A DNA stretch of 64,000 nt from Saccostrea echinata (lineage: Eukaryota). The notes under the pieces were generated by a model that was not told the origin of the DNA, did no database searches, and saw only the letters and a program-made list of their open reading frames with translations. The stretch covers positions 5,022,001 through 5,086,000 of the forward strand of contig NW_026889760.1 of assembly GCF_033153115.1 (NCBI RefSeq), in the 5' to 3' direction. A program made the translations under genes and the position numbers. This document shows, piece by piece, positions 26,401-41,400 of this stretch. How positions within the stretch are numbered: position 1 is the stretch's first letter; every line of letters begins with the position of its first letter.

Positions 26401-29400
26401 ATGCCTCGGGACTCACCCTCAGCTTTCGTACACACCTTCGAATTTCCAGGAGTATTTTACTATAAAAGGTAAAATTAGGTTGATTTGTGTGCTAGGTTGT
26501 AGGTAATTGATTTTTCAAGATTTACTAGTTTTTTTTGTTTTGTTTTTTTAAATCAATTTTGAATTTTACCATCTGAGTAAGTTACAACATATGAAATATG
26601 CAAACTTGTAACATAAGAAAATTTTACTTTCTAGTCAAAGTTTACCAAAGATATTTGGAGCAGTGGTTGTGACCACACAGCCAGTGGTTCACGAGGTGGA
26701 AGTAGGACCCATCATACGTCCTGACCCCATCTCTGTCAAAGTTCACGACATTGTGTGCTGGATCTTTAGCAAACCACAAAAAGAGAATGTAGTCGAAATC
26801 ACCCATCCTGACCAAGTTACAGAAGATCTACAGTGTGAAGAAGTCAGTGCAAGGTCAGTTTTTATTGTCTGTCTGTCTAGCTGTACATCTGTCTGCTTTG
26901 TATGTCTGTCTGTCTGTATGTCTTTCTCTAAGGCTGTCAGTTTGTCTAGCTGTAAATCTGCTCATGGTCTTACCACTGTCTAACTTTGTAATGGCTTCAC
27001 ATATCACTTAGTGCCATGTAGAGAACTGTCAAAGCATTGCTCATTAAGTTTTTACTGTTTTAATTTTATGATTGATTTATTTTTAGGTCTTGTTTGAGCA
27101 AGGCTATAGACAAAACAGGAGTGATGCATTTCTACAGCAAGTCCTTCAACAAACAAAAGAAAAATGTCGAAAATGTAAGCTTTACAATAGATCTTGCAAA
27201 TTCCACATGAATTGTAATTTGTTTTAATCACAAATATTTTTTTCTTTGACACATGTTTTAATTCACTGAAATATAAAATGTTTACATTTCCAATGTCTTT
27301 GTGTGAGATAAAATTTCAAATAGTAAAAAAAACTTTATTTCTACATAAATCTACTGGTTCATTGATAGGCGTGTTGAAAAAAAATCACGAGCGGGGCGGG
27401 ACGAATAGAGACAGAAGCGGGGGCTTGTAGCATGTGAATTTGCAGAATTAAGAGCATGTACATATAAGGAATAACTGTCAGATTTTGGGGTTTCATGACG
27501 ATGATCAGTCGATTGGCTTGCGTGATAATTTTATGCATAAACGCCTTCGGCGTTTATGCAAATTATCACGCAAGCCACTCGATTGATCACATCATGAAAC
27601 CAAAAAATTAGACAGTTATTCCTTAAGTGCATCCACAAGTGTATATGATGACCACTGTTTCTTGACTTTAAAATTTCTTAGCATATGCATCTATAGTGAA
27701 ATTAAAACTCCATTATTTTTTCACCTATTGAGCTAATTTTTCACAAAATTTATCTACAGTACCAAATTGAAAATACTGTATAAGGCATTATAACAGTATA
27801 ATTATTCTTGATTTGTGAGATGATTTGTTTCTTCAGTACCTGGAGGATGTGAGATTTAGCAGTGTGATCAGTGATGAGCGCTATGACAACACAGTCATCA
27901 AAGTCGACCAGCAGGGATTTCATCCACATTTTGTATATGTACAGAAGGTATGGACAGACTCTATAATTATAGTATTTAAAACTGGTTTAAGACTGTCTTT
28001 TTGATCAAAGTATATATACAGTAAAAATTGCTTATTAGGAATTTCTTGAGATATAAATTTTTAGTTCCTTGTAACCAAAGTACTTAATATCCATATACAG
28101 TAAAACTTGATTATAGCCAAGTTCTAGGAACCTGTGAATTTACTTTGAACACTATTTCCATATTTGGTTATATCCATATAACGAATTAGTTAAAGTATAT
28201 ACATGTATAAAAAATTCGCAATATGCATTTTTTCCTTCAAATGTGACTACCAAATATGTACTGGGTGGTATTAAATACAAAATTTTCCCTAAAGTTTCTA
28301 AAGATTTCTGATGAATTGAATTTCAGATATTAATACTAATGATAAATAATGCCACATAAATATTTGAGTTTTAAGATACCGAAAATTCATTATAAAAGAT
28401 GTAATTTCGTTATTTTTAACCTCTACGGGACACAAAAACAGTTCGCTATATCCAGAAATTTGCTATATCAGAGTTACTTATAATCGTTATATTTTCCTAG
28501 GATTTGTTTAGAATTTTGCGTGGGATAAAAAAAAATTCACTATATCCGTGAATTTGCTATATCCATGTTCATACTAAATGAGTTTCACTGTAAGAACATA
28601 TTATGATATGAGAGATGGGGAATTCTTCTTATCATAACTGAGAATTACTAATATCAGAGTTCCTTATAAGCGAGTTTTACTGTATAGAAACTGACATTTT
28701 ATCAGTTAGTAACTGACTTCAGATTGTCCTTCGAAGTGTTTTAGTCTTTTTAAAGGGAGGTAACTTTTAACAGGCAACAATTTCAGAAGTACAATGAGAA
28801 ATGTTTAAGAATACTTGTAAACTTTGATTCGGTTTTTAATTATTAGGGAGAAAGTGTCAGATGGACCTGGATCAACACGGATGAGGAACACAATATCATC
28901 CATGTCACCTCTCCAGATAGCAAGGTACTAAACACTGGTATTACAAAAGATGTAAAAAAAATTGTAGTGATTCATTATTTAATTTAATGGAATTCTATTC
29001 ATGAAAGATGTAGTTAGAATAGATTTACTTAATTGTTTTGCATTATCCTTTAATCAAGGACCGTTTTGGAAGAATGAACCCTCAAGTGAGTCCTGTCTGT
29101 GATAATTATTCATGGTCATACTATCATTTATCCTATTATCCACCACTCTTCCAAAGGAAAACCAGTATCTAGCATTAAAATTTATGTAGTATTAACTTTC
29201 ATAAAAATATGTTACCCTACATTGGCCAAGTTTAAGGGAAAATTTCGTATTAGATTAATTCACTGTTTCTTACTGTTATATAATTGTTTAATCTGGTAAT
29301 ATGTATGGTTGCTGGAATTTGAAATAGTCTTGACTGAATCATTTAATACTGAGTCAAATTTTAGCCTTTGCATTTGCTACATGCATATTTTTCTCTGATG

Positions 29401-32400
29401 AAATGGTGCTAAATGTTTAAAATGACATGTATTTGTCAAATAACCTATAATTTTGAAAAAAGAAGAATTGTTTTGTATGACATGAATCTTACCATTTCCT
29501 CCCCTTACAGATATGAATAAAAACTAACTAGTCTAGAAAGTATTTAGTATTTTCTGAACTCTTGTCATTATTTATACTGTCTCATAAAATTTTGTAATTT
29601 TTCGAAGCCTTTCTGAGTACTTTTTCCTCTCCACATAAGAGAACATGTGGTACTTTTCCTACTTCTCCTAAATACTAATGGGACTTTACTAGTAGTAAAA
29701 CATTAAAAAATCTGTTCAACATTTCAATGAAAATAACAGTTCAATTGATTTTTTTTTAAAGGAATTCAATTTGATTCATTTATTTATGTTTGTATGTCAA
29801 ACAGCAATGAAACTGTTTTTTTAAACCAGAGCAAATATATAAAATTTTTAAATTGCTTTACAGAGTTAATGGTGCCTTTCCAGGATTGTTTGTATACATT
29901 GTATTAAATGCTTATTTCTGGCCAACAGGAACCCCTTAATGTAGTTGGTGGTGTAAAATCATTTAACAGTGGCAAACAGGTAAAAAACAACAGCTTCCTC
30001 TACACATTTGACGAGCTCGGTAGTTTCACTGTGGCTTCCCAAGGTGCACCTGGATATTCCTGTACGGTTCACGTCATAACATCAGGTAAAAATCATATTA
30101 AAATGATGATTAAATTCTTTCATATTATCTCATTAGGTTCCAATCAAGGAAAAAATTGTCACTGGAATCCGAGGTTTTCGGAGCGGCATGTTGGAGAAAA
30201 ATCGAGAGTTTTTACACACATTTGATAGGATCGGACAGTATTTTATCATGTCTGAGGGGGCGCCAGATGAAATCTGTACTGTTTTTGTGGTGGATGGTAA
30301 GAGAGGCGTGAAATTTTGCATACTTGGGAGCTTTTTGATAGCTAACATGCATCTAGAGTAATGCCAAAAAAGCTGGAACGTTGCCTTAAGGGAAAAGGCA
30401 GAGTGATCGATGTGCTTTTAATGTGCATTTTTTAGGGAAAGATTGAGCATATATGGAGCTTGATTTATTAGCATGCATGGTAAACATTTAATATGTATTA
30501 AAAGTGTCTGAAGTTGGTGCATTGAATTAATTGATTGTGGAGTGTAATAATAACATTTGAAGTGTTTTTACTTGTTTTATGAAATAGATTTAAATATTAA
30601 AGCCAAAAGTTGCTTACTTTGTGCATGTTCTTCTTCAGGGCAGTAGAGATCTTGGGCCATAATAGTCCTCAAAGCTTATGTGTAAAGTAGTTTGTAAAAT
30701 ATTTCTATATTTTGTAACCTTCAGATGACCAGTTGCTATCTGTGTTCTTGTCTCTCACTGTAAGACGTGTGAAAACTTTCAACAATTTGAGCTTCTTTTA
30801 AACAGCTGGACTAATTTCAGCCAAATACTAGGATTCATATATTAAACATATTTGCTATAATTGGATTAGAAAGGGGGGGGGAGTACATTATGATCCTATC
30901 TTTACTTGTGATGAGGTAAAAACTGTCATATTTAAAAGATTTTTTTCTTCACTCTTGGACACACAGCAGGTAAACTGTTTAGCAAAAAAGTTAATTATTT
31001 AAGGATTCTGAATTCTTGTGTGAGTCGTTATGTTATATGTAAATGTAGAGATTATAAAGGTTCTTACAGGTCTGTAGCATTTCTGACCAGAAGAGATATC
31101 ATGTTCATATGTCAACATTAATGTTCCATGATCAGGGGATGTTAAATGTTGAAAATTTTTCAGTGTTCTTCACTGCATTATCTGCCTTTCCTTGATTTTA
31201 GTGTGCCCTATCAGGGTATACTTTGAATTCCTGCCTTCTTTGAGGGTTTTTAGGGGATTTTATTTTTTACCTCATTGGGATAGCTCTAGTTTTGGAAAGA
31301 TTGAGAAATATAATATCCATTGTCTTTATGGTAAATAGAAGATTGATTTGTGAGCTACATTTTTCACCTTTTTCAGCTGATCATGTAAAGGAACCTTCGG
31401 TAGCTCCAAACTCCTTGAATGGAGGAACTGTTGATCAATTCAGCAAGATAGAACTGGTCTGTGAAACACTCGGATCCAAAATTTTCTACACCACTGATGG
31501 ATCCCCACCTGAACTTCACATTGAATCAGCAAAGGTAAAACTTGCATTGATTAAATTTCTTATCAATAGATAGGTCAAAGATTAAATAAGATAAGTCATT
31601 TGTTACATTTTGCAAAAATTGATCATGATTAAGATTTTCTTACGTGGAAAAGTGATAGGTGATATTATACAACAATCAATGACTAAAGAACTCTCCAGGA
31701 AAGAAGAGAGATTTGCTTGGCAATGGCAGACATGAAGACTTGCCTTTAAGATTTATAATCCTAGCAAATCTAGGCCCTGAAAGATAAAATTTTAAATGTT
31801 TTCTGTTTCTTGATTTTTTTTTCTCTAGCTATACAACCCAGAGAAAGGTGTCATTCTTAAGAAACATGGACTGTGTTTTATAAGAGCTATGGCAGTAAAG
31901 GAAGGACTCCTCAATAGTTCCATTTTTACCTCTAAGTAAGTAACTTGGGTTAAGACAAAGCATGTATTTTAAATATACAGTTAAACTTTGATTGGTGTCT
32001 CAAACATCATTATTTCGATTATCATGCACATGTGCAAGTCAGCTTAAAGTCCTTAATATATCTCAATCTCTTGGACATCTTGAAGTTTTTCTTGGTCCCA
32101 TTGAGTTTGAAATATTGAGGTATGACTGTATAATGTTAATTGGAATTGAATTTTTATGAATTACAAAATTCATTTTCAACAAAATTTAATCCCATGGTAT
32201 TATCATTTCTCTTCAAAAGATGTAGATATGCTTATGTTAATTATCTTTTTAAAATTTGGATAATGAGTTGTACATCATATTGTACATTGTACACTGTAAT
32301 TTTGAAGAAAATCATAGAAGACTCATACATGACTCCCAATTCTGTTAGCTAATTAACTTATAATTTACCCTAAGATTCTAGTATTTTATCATTCAAATAA

Positions 32401-35400
32401 GACATGTTAGAAATCACTTACAAATTTTTTCGTCTTTTTTTTTTTTGATAAGCACATATTCCTTTATTTTACCTGAACTTTAGGACCATATATGCACCAT
32501 TTCATTATAAATATTGTAGGCGATACTGGGTTTTGGCCAAAGAGGGTACGGTGGAGGAAAGTTCCTCAGAAACAGAGACATCTGGTGACCAGAAGGAGGA
32601 GAAGCGACAGACTCCGCAGGTAAAAATCCTCTTAATTGTAAAAGAAAAATTAAAGTTTTGCATATTGAGGGGAAAAGTTTTCAGTATAATATCCAAGAAA
32701 CCCTGCAATTTCTGAGACATGTTCTCTCCCCTTTTTTATGTAGAAAAATGATAATTGGGACTGGTGGAGTTGTGCGCCGACCGTCAAAGCGTGCTTTACT
32801 GACCCCGGGGTCATGGAGGTTTTCTGGGAGGAGCCTAATGCTATCCAGAAAAAACTCATCAAAGGGTACCAGGTAAACGGTCTTTTCTTTGTTTTTGATT
32901 ACCTTGTCATGCATTTCAGATGAAGCTGTGCATAGTTTACTTAGTTTGAAGGACATTTTAGTTGTAGTGTACACTTAACCCAGCTTTGACCTAGCTAGCT
33001 AAAAGTACATGTACTTGTATATGCCTTCTTGCAGTGAAATTTGCAGAACCAAACCAATTTTATAAAGATGCTTATGAATGCGTTATCCTAGAGAAATTCC
33101 AGCATTTAAGATAATATTGAAAAAATTGAAATTTTATTGTGATTGTTAATTTTTTTTTTTTTTTTTTTTATCAGATTTTCCTGAATGGAGTGAGGTACTG
33201 TGAAATGTTCCCTCCCAATAATAATAGTCTTAACATCACTGGACTGGCAGGAAATCGGATATACGAGGTTTATGTAGAGGTCTATTCTCTGGATAAAAAA
33301 CTCAACCCTCAGACCTCAAACAAACTGGTGAGTTGTCAGTTTATCAATAAAACAGCTGCTTCAATGCTTAAACTATCCCCATCCACTCCTAAATTAGGCC
33401 AGTAAAGCACATTTATTAACAAAACACAATTTAAGATTATACACAATTGTTGAAATATTACTTTGTCATATTGTTTATCACTGAAGTCATATGCACACTG
33501 CAAAATCCTTACAAAGGCCAGGTAATTCAATTTACCTTGCATATTTTCATAATCTCAACCCCTTCTATGAATTCTTGTTGTTTTCCCATGATCTTGTAAA
33601 CAGTGTGAAAATAAAAATAGTTAAATAGCTTAAAAGATTGTTATTCTGGGCTCCATTTTACAAAAAAATTACGACTATGACCATGATGTAATTCTGTGAA
33701 AATTAATTTTCTTTTTAACATTAATCTCAAGGTGGTTTTAATCTTTTTTTTTAAAAGAATTTAGAAACTTTAAGGTATTTTTATGCAAGCAGTTTTTAAG
33801 AGAATCATATCAGAAAATTTTACAATTAACTTAAGTTTTGATCTTAGTTGTAAAAGGCCCCTAGCTGAGATGTCAACAACAAAGAAAATGTATATATGAA
33901 CTTCACCTTAGTATTAAAATTGAAGAAACTTGGATAAATGCACTAATCTAAGTTGAATATTGATATGTGTCATTTTTATCTCTTCAGACAATGAAGGTGC
34001 CTCTGATGACAAAGGAGGGTGGACCAGTAATCTCCCTTGAGCGGGCTAACAAGCAGGATGCCCTGGTTGTGGTATGGATGTCTATCGACACCACTGAGTA
34101 CCCCATCAAGGGCTACCTCGTGTTCCTAAATGATCAGCAGTGTGGAGCTATGGTGAGTCTCATTTTTCTAAATTGTTTAATTTGAAATCCTGTATAGAAT
34201 GAACTTGCAAGGAATTTAGTAATTGGACAGAGAGTATGCGTTGATGTTAATGACTTTTGGGTGCTTTAAATTGGTTTTCTCAGACTATTGCAGCATTGTT
34301 AATGGGGAGGGGGAAACTGAAAACTTTAAGTTAACTCATTGTTAGGTTTATGAATATAGCATTTGATGAAAAGTTTAAAGTAAGAATTTGGAATAACTTT
34401 TTGTACACAAAGGAAATAAGTACCACAATATTATGAGATGCCAGTATATATTGATTCTAGTTTTTTATGAATTCATTGCATCATTATCCAATTTCTTTTC
34501 ATTCATTTCGTTTTTCTTTGGTGCTTATACTTCCTTGCTATGATTTGATCTTCTTTCTAATGTTATAATATGTCTAGAGTTATGAACTATTAAATATTTT
34601 GATTGAAAGGGTTTAAATCCCACTGCTTGCAGAAAAGAATACATTATATAACATTTTGAATTAATAAATCTGCCCCCCCCCCTTTTTTTTGTGGGGGGGG
34701 GGGGGGGGTGTCTTTTATTTTCTGAGACAAATATTCAAAATGGTAAAAGTTAATATTAAAGACAACTCATAACTTATTTCCACAAGTTAGTAGGATTAAG
34801 CCATATCAACAGGTACATCAAAAAATTTATGAACAGGTTGAGGAATGATTTAGTACTACATGAAAAATTTAAATCCCTTGACATGGTTTTGTGATTAATC
34901 CATTTGGAACTTGAATAGCCTTTACGTTTGATTAGAAGGCTCGTATTATTAGCTACATGACTTTAAATGTCTGGTATATGTTGTTTAACCTGACCTGTGG
35001 TTACTAGTGAGTGGTGTATATTAAGTACATTTAAAGTACAAATCATCAAAATTCTGAATAACTTCTCTTTTGTGAATGTACATATAAAGTTCTATATGTC
35101 TCTGGACATTGCATGGATAAGGAAATCTCTGATTTCAGGTAAAATTTTGATTTAAGAGCTGAGTCAATTTGCAAAACCAATCTTTGGATTGATGATGCGT
35201 GTTATATTGTCTGCATACTAATGTATAAATGCATGTATATATTAGTTTTACAATATAGGTATAAAATAGGTATATTTAATTAATACCACCCTTAAACTTG
35301 AGCATTGTTTTTTGTTTGTTTGTTTTTTTTTAATTAAAATTAGTTACTACTATAGGTACATTTTAAGTGCTATCATGACTATCATCTTAAACTTTAATTA

Positions 35401-38400
35401 ACATGGCAATTATATTGTAAATCTTTTTGAATTTCAACAGCTTCTATGAAAAATTATTGTAAAATAAGTTATCTTTTTTTTTTTAAATTATATACTTATT
35501 AAGTGAGGTCTGAGCTACGGTTATTGCAATTGTTCATAAAGGTTGCATGCCATATACTGAAATGGTATAATTTCTTCTTTGTGCTTTGGACTGTACAATA
35601 TCTGGCATGTAGAAGGGAGGGAATAATACATTATCCCATACTCAATCACCTTGTTATTTACACTCCCATCGAACAATTGATTTAAATTTTTCAGAGCACT
35701 GAGACACCATTTTATATGTTGGAAGAAGCTTTTCACAAAGAATTTGTTTATTTTCACATACCCAATATTTAAACAGTGCTTAATGCTTCCAAAAGCCATT
35801 ATTGATTAGCGACAGTTTCCTCATTATTCAAAGTCTGTTTTTAATTTTTTTTTCTTCTAACACAAGCTTTATTTATTTTTTAATATCCATCTCTGGAGAG
35901 GAAATTAATTCTTGGTCAATAATTAGGTATTCCTGAACACCTCAAGTGTATTTACTTGTTTTGTTTATTGTTACAGGTAGAGAGAGCATTCTCAATTATT
36001 CATGATAACATTATCAACTTTCATCTGTGATCTTTAGTACTCTTGACTATATTGGAGTTTCCTATAGCAACCTTGTTATATTTTTTAGCTTGTGCCTGAT
36101 CCAGACAAGAACCGATGTAAGGTTTTCATTGGTGGATGTGAGCTGAATAAGGAGCATAGGATCTATGTTGTTGCTCTACCAAAAGGTAAGTGTCAAAAAC
36201 CAATAACTTTTCAGGACTAAATTTTAAGTGTTTGTATTGCAGGGATTTCTATTCACACTTCAGTCAAATCCTGTAATACAAATCTTTTTCTTTTTTCAAA
36301 GTCATGCATCTTTGTTTGATATTTTACAAATACTATGAATATGCTTTTGTGTAATTCTGGATTAGGAGAGAGAGCAGGAAAACAGAGATGAAGACTTTGT
36401 GGAAACATTAAATAATTATTAAATTAATTATAGCTAGACAGTTGCATAATTGTAAGGTGTCAAAGAAAAAATGATATATCATATATCCACAATCAGCCAC
36501 ATTTCCAAACTGTCAACAATCTATGAATGTAAATTTACTGTAAACTATGTATTGTGGTGTCATATGTTATCAGAATCATTTTTATGGTATTTTATCAGTC
36601 AGTTCTATGACCTTTTGCTCTGAAATCTTATTTTCTCGTTGATATATTTGTCAGATGGTACAAATGGTGAGTTTACATTCAATTGAACACAGAGCTTCTT
36701 TTCTATAGTTTCGGAGTTCTATCTCTGCATATTTGCTTCAGTGGCTTACCAAGCCTAGAAAATAGAGAAGGATAAAAATTTAACTTTTCATTGGAAATAG
36801 TGATGAATTTATTTATTTATTACCAGTAGTATGAATCTCATTCATCACATCATATCAGTAGTATATTAAGCACAGTTAAAGGCTTTCAGTCTAGGTTTAG
36901 TAAAGTGGTGTTAATGGAGATTAAAAGTTCATTTTGAAAGCTGTATATTTGATATATGTACGAAGTCTAACTTGTATTTACTTTTGGAGGAAAGTTTTCA
37001 AAAGAATATTATCTACAAGTAGTAGCAATTATTAGACGATCGAACCAGCTGTTGTATATATGCATCAGATGTATAATTCTGTACTATTCAGAGTCTAGTT
37101 GCCTTAATGTTAGAATCTATTAAAGAAAGAGTGTGTTAGTACACTACCTTTGTGGAAAAGGATTAAACTGCATACATTTTGACATTTTTTTTATTTTTTA
37201 CTTTGCACAAGATGATGCCTGTTAGATTAGATTTAGCAAAATTTCTTTCTGAATATAAATATGGAAACAGAGAGGTTTTTTTTCTTGGTATCAGGAATGT
37301 TACTAACTCTTTATTCATGCATGAGAGATACTCAAGTAAATTAAAGGAACATAAAATACCATTTACTGGTTCATCTCAAGTTATGAATGTTGCATTTGCA
37401 AAAATCGTTTACATAAATGTCAAAAGACACGTTGAAGTTTTCATGTGAAATAACTCTCTAGTGATTTGTTTAACAGACAATGTTGAAGATGGGCGTATGT
37501 CCAATGTGATAGAGGTGGTCCTCCCACTGGATACCTCACAGATTGTACTTCCTGACGAGGACGAGAGACTGGACCAAGAGGAACTCTACCAGGAGTACAT
37601 CTCTATACAGGAAGGAAGTGGATATCTGGCAGCCATGGATGGTAGGCACTTCCTGTTGGTGATCTTAGATGTTGTGTGCTGGGTTTTTCTTCTTTAACTT
37701 GCTGTTTTGATTTATCTGTGATGGTGTTTTAGAGCTTTTTTTGTAGTGTTGTGTTGTAAGGCAACATCTGATTCATCATAGACTTAATAGATTGTTTTAA
37801 AGCAATGATAATTTTATATTCATGTGAATCAAGTTTAATATTTTACACTTTAAATATTATTTTTTTTTTTTTTTTTGGAAAAAATTGAGATATGTAGGCT
37901 TTTGATTAGTGATTCAGTAATAATAATTTGAATTTTAGGTGCTTGAAGGCAGTTCTTTGATATAACTGTTCAGATCAAGATATATTTCTTGCATTAATTT
38001 TCGTTTCATCTCTGTAGCCCAAACACTTTTATTAATATTCGTATTTCATTCTACAGTTATCCAAGTGTTTCATCAAATACACGTTCTTGCATGATCACCT
38101 GTTCAAAGGGTTCTTTTAAAATTAAAAAAATTTCAATTAAACTTTAAAAACTTTAAAAAATGTTCTTTTAAAAAATTATCAATACTTAAATCTTTTTTTT
38201 TTAAAATTTTTAACATATTAAAATTGAAAATTTGAATAGGGAGAATATTCTAAAAAAAAAAAAAAGTTCTTTTAAAATTGTCGATACTTGAATTTTTTAA
38301 CATATATTATATTGAAAATATGAATTTTGAATCAAGAGAATATTTTGTTCACACATTGTGATTCTTTATTGGTTACATTTTAATTTAGCTAGTTAATGTT

Positions 38401-41400
38401 TCATTATGGTGATTTCTTCCTTGTATTGAGGACACACTTGAATAAATTTGTTTGGTGTTGTGTGTTTGAAGTGCTTTGTATTTTTGCTTGAGCTTTTCGT
38501 ATTTCACATCATTCTTCAGCAAAACGTCATCACATTGAAACTAACAACGTACCACCTCTCACTACCAGCTACCAGTATACATCAAGTAAACAACCCACGG
38601 GTAAATATGTCGGTTAAAAAATCTATTGTAGTCAGTTCTGGCATTTTTGTCAGCCATTTGCCTTTTTATCTTTAAGAAACTTGAAATAAACTGATAAATT
38701 GTCGTCATGAAAAAATAAATAGTCTGCATGCTTATTTACCTCCTCTTTTTTTTACAGCACTGATGTACAAGTAATGGATATATTCAAAAACTAAATTTGT
38801 ATAGTTTTATAGGGAAGTTTTCATGATAAATACATGGAATCTGTTTTTAATCATACTTAAGAAAAAAATTAATTTCCTCAAATTTTAATTAAGTTATTAA
38901 ATAAGAATTTTGTTGAAGTTGCCAAACAACATATGGAATAAGGGTGGATTTTCCATGGACTGACATCAGTTTAATTAAAACAGGATCCTAAATTGCTATA
39001 TAATTAATATAGAGGTTATTTCCCAAATATATGATAAAATCTATAGTCATTAATCAGAGAGTGTTTGTGAAATTCTATGATTCTGAATAATTATTCTTAA
39101 ATTTAAAGTAATAATGGTTGATTTATAAGCAACATATTGATTTCAAATTCTTAAATAATTTGTAAATATTAATTTTTAAATTTTTTTTTACTCCAAAAAT
39201 ACCATTGTGAGAACAATGACTTTTTCCCTAAAATATAAGAACTATCAATGAATACAACATTAATTTTATTGATGAACTAAAATAAAATAATGACCCATTT
39301 AGATAGTAAGTATAAAACACACTTATAATATCAGTATGTATATTGTGTAGTTTTATATATGGAATTCTGTCAGATCCATAGCAAAAATGTATCACTTTTG
39401 AAATGCCACTTTCAAAAAATGAAGCTCTCAGAAATAAAAACGTTGGCTTAAAAGTAGGTGATTTATGAATGTGAAGTAGCAATGTATTTCTTACAGAAAG
39501 CAAATTTTATTGAAAATGTTTTAAACTTATTAAAATTTCGAAAACCATATAGTACATATTTCTACAAATTGTACATTGTGTAATTTTTTGTCACTTCCAC
39601 TGGAATTCCCTGTGATTATAGATCAAAAAGCTAAAAATCAGCTACATTTACTGGAATGTGTTGAATCCTAAAATTACTCTCATGAGAAAAGATTCCAGAT
39701 ATATAATTGGGGAATTTGATTTGATTCTTAAACTGATCAACTTGTCAGAGTTGTCCAATTGATCCTTAATCATGTATGCCATTTCCATTGTGAATTCACT
39801 CCAATCCAGGGTTTTTATCAATAATTTGACTATATGTATAGGTATTACACATTAACAAGTCCACTCTACAGAGAGAATGGCCTCATCAAATCAGAATAGA
39901 ATGCCTTGTATGTAGATTATGAACTTGTCATAAACATGTTAACGTAATGTGGATGCACAATGCTGATTTTGTGTAGTCATTTGGTAGAGATTTTTGTTAC
40001 ATTTGCTAGGAATTTCTCATATATTCATAACAAATGGATAATTTTGATTATAGTTACCTAACAAAGCCATAGCTGATTTGCATTAACATGATATATATTG
40101 AAGTTTCTTGCACACTTAACAGCTTTTATTGATATTTTATGCTTTACTCTGTTTTCTGTTTCAGACAGAAGATCGGGAGCACCGGCTGTGGTAGAAGTGG
40201 AAGATCCCAGATACAGAGGTAAATAATGGTCAAAATTACCAGTCAAATATCAAACTTCTTCCTTTCTGAAACTCTAGCATCTATCATTATACATCAGAAA
40301 TACCATTATTTTTTTCAAAAATTGATAGAGATAATGCTGACTCCTTTATATTTTCAATCTTTCTTGATCTTCATTTATGCATCTTTCATTCATGGAACAT
40401 TTAAAAACTAATAGGAGTGAAACCACTGAAAAAGAAAACAACTTTACAATCAAAGACTCCGGACTTAACTTCCTCTAATGCATCCCACAATGCATCTCAT
40501 CCAGTGTCTGCTTCTGATCCACATCAGAAGTTATCCATGCCGCTTCCGGATGGCATGCTTTCACATGGATATGCCACACCGGCTCTTGAACAATCAAGAC
40601 CCCAATCTCTTGTTCAATCACTGGCCGACAGAATCTCTGATCGCCAACGACAAAGAAGTATTGAACTTGTAAATGAATGTTTGAATTCCCGAGCAAATAG
40701 TCAAGCCAACAGTGAATATTTTGGTGGAGACCCACTTTCTAGAGATCTAAGCAGACGGTCATCCCAGAAGAGCTTTTTCCAACAGCAGGTTAATTCTCCC
40801 AGTGTAGCTGATCAGTATTTAGAGATGAACCCTATGATTCAAAGAAGATTATCTCTTAGTTCTAATAGACAAGGAATAGACCAACATGTTATGCCATCAT
40901 CTTCCCAATCAGTGCATCACATGCCTGTCTTGCAAGCTCCGCCACAACTTAATGTGGAGGAACCTCAAAGACATCACCACATTTCATCCAGATCAGCTGG
41001 AACTGTAGCAAAACTTAGTCAACCTCAGCCTGTGAATCTTCAACTACAGAAGCTTAAGTACCCAATAACATTCAAGATGGTGGCAAAAGCTGTGAAAAAC
41101 TTCATTACTCAACAGAATATTGTCATGACAGCGATAGCTCCAGGGAGGGTGAAGAAAAGGTTCAGGTTTGACTGGGCACGGTTCAGAACTTGGATCAATG
41201 TAACCAAGCCATTTGAGAAGGAGAAAGATGCAGGGGTGATGTATCAGCTTCAGGCACCTACCCCATCCATCGCACCCCAGGAAGAGGACAGGACGACTTC
41301 AGAATTTGTTTTTAATCAGCATCAAACTGATCATTTGCGAGAGAGACACCTTAACTTTATGCGACAACAGCTTGACCCAGATCTCTATCCTGAACATACT

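Noticed and set aside
36057-36071. Intronic X-box-like GTTTCCTATAGCAAC
   Set aside because: Single motif near an acceptor with no promoter context; plausible by chance.
38160-38345. Diverged ~105-bp AT-rich local duplication
   Set aside because: Ordinary intronic slippage with no functional signal.
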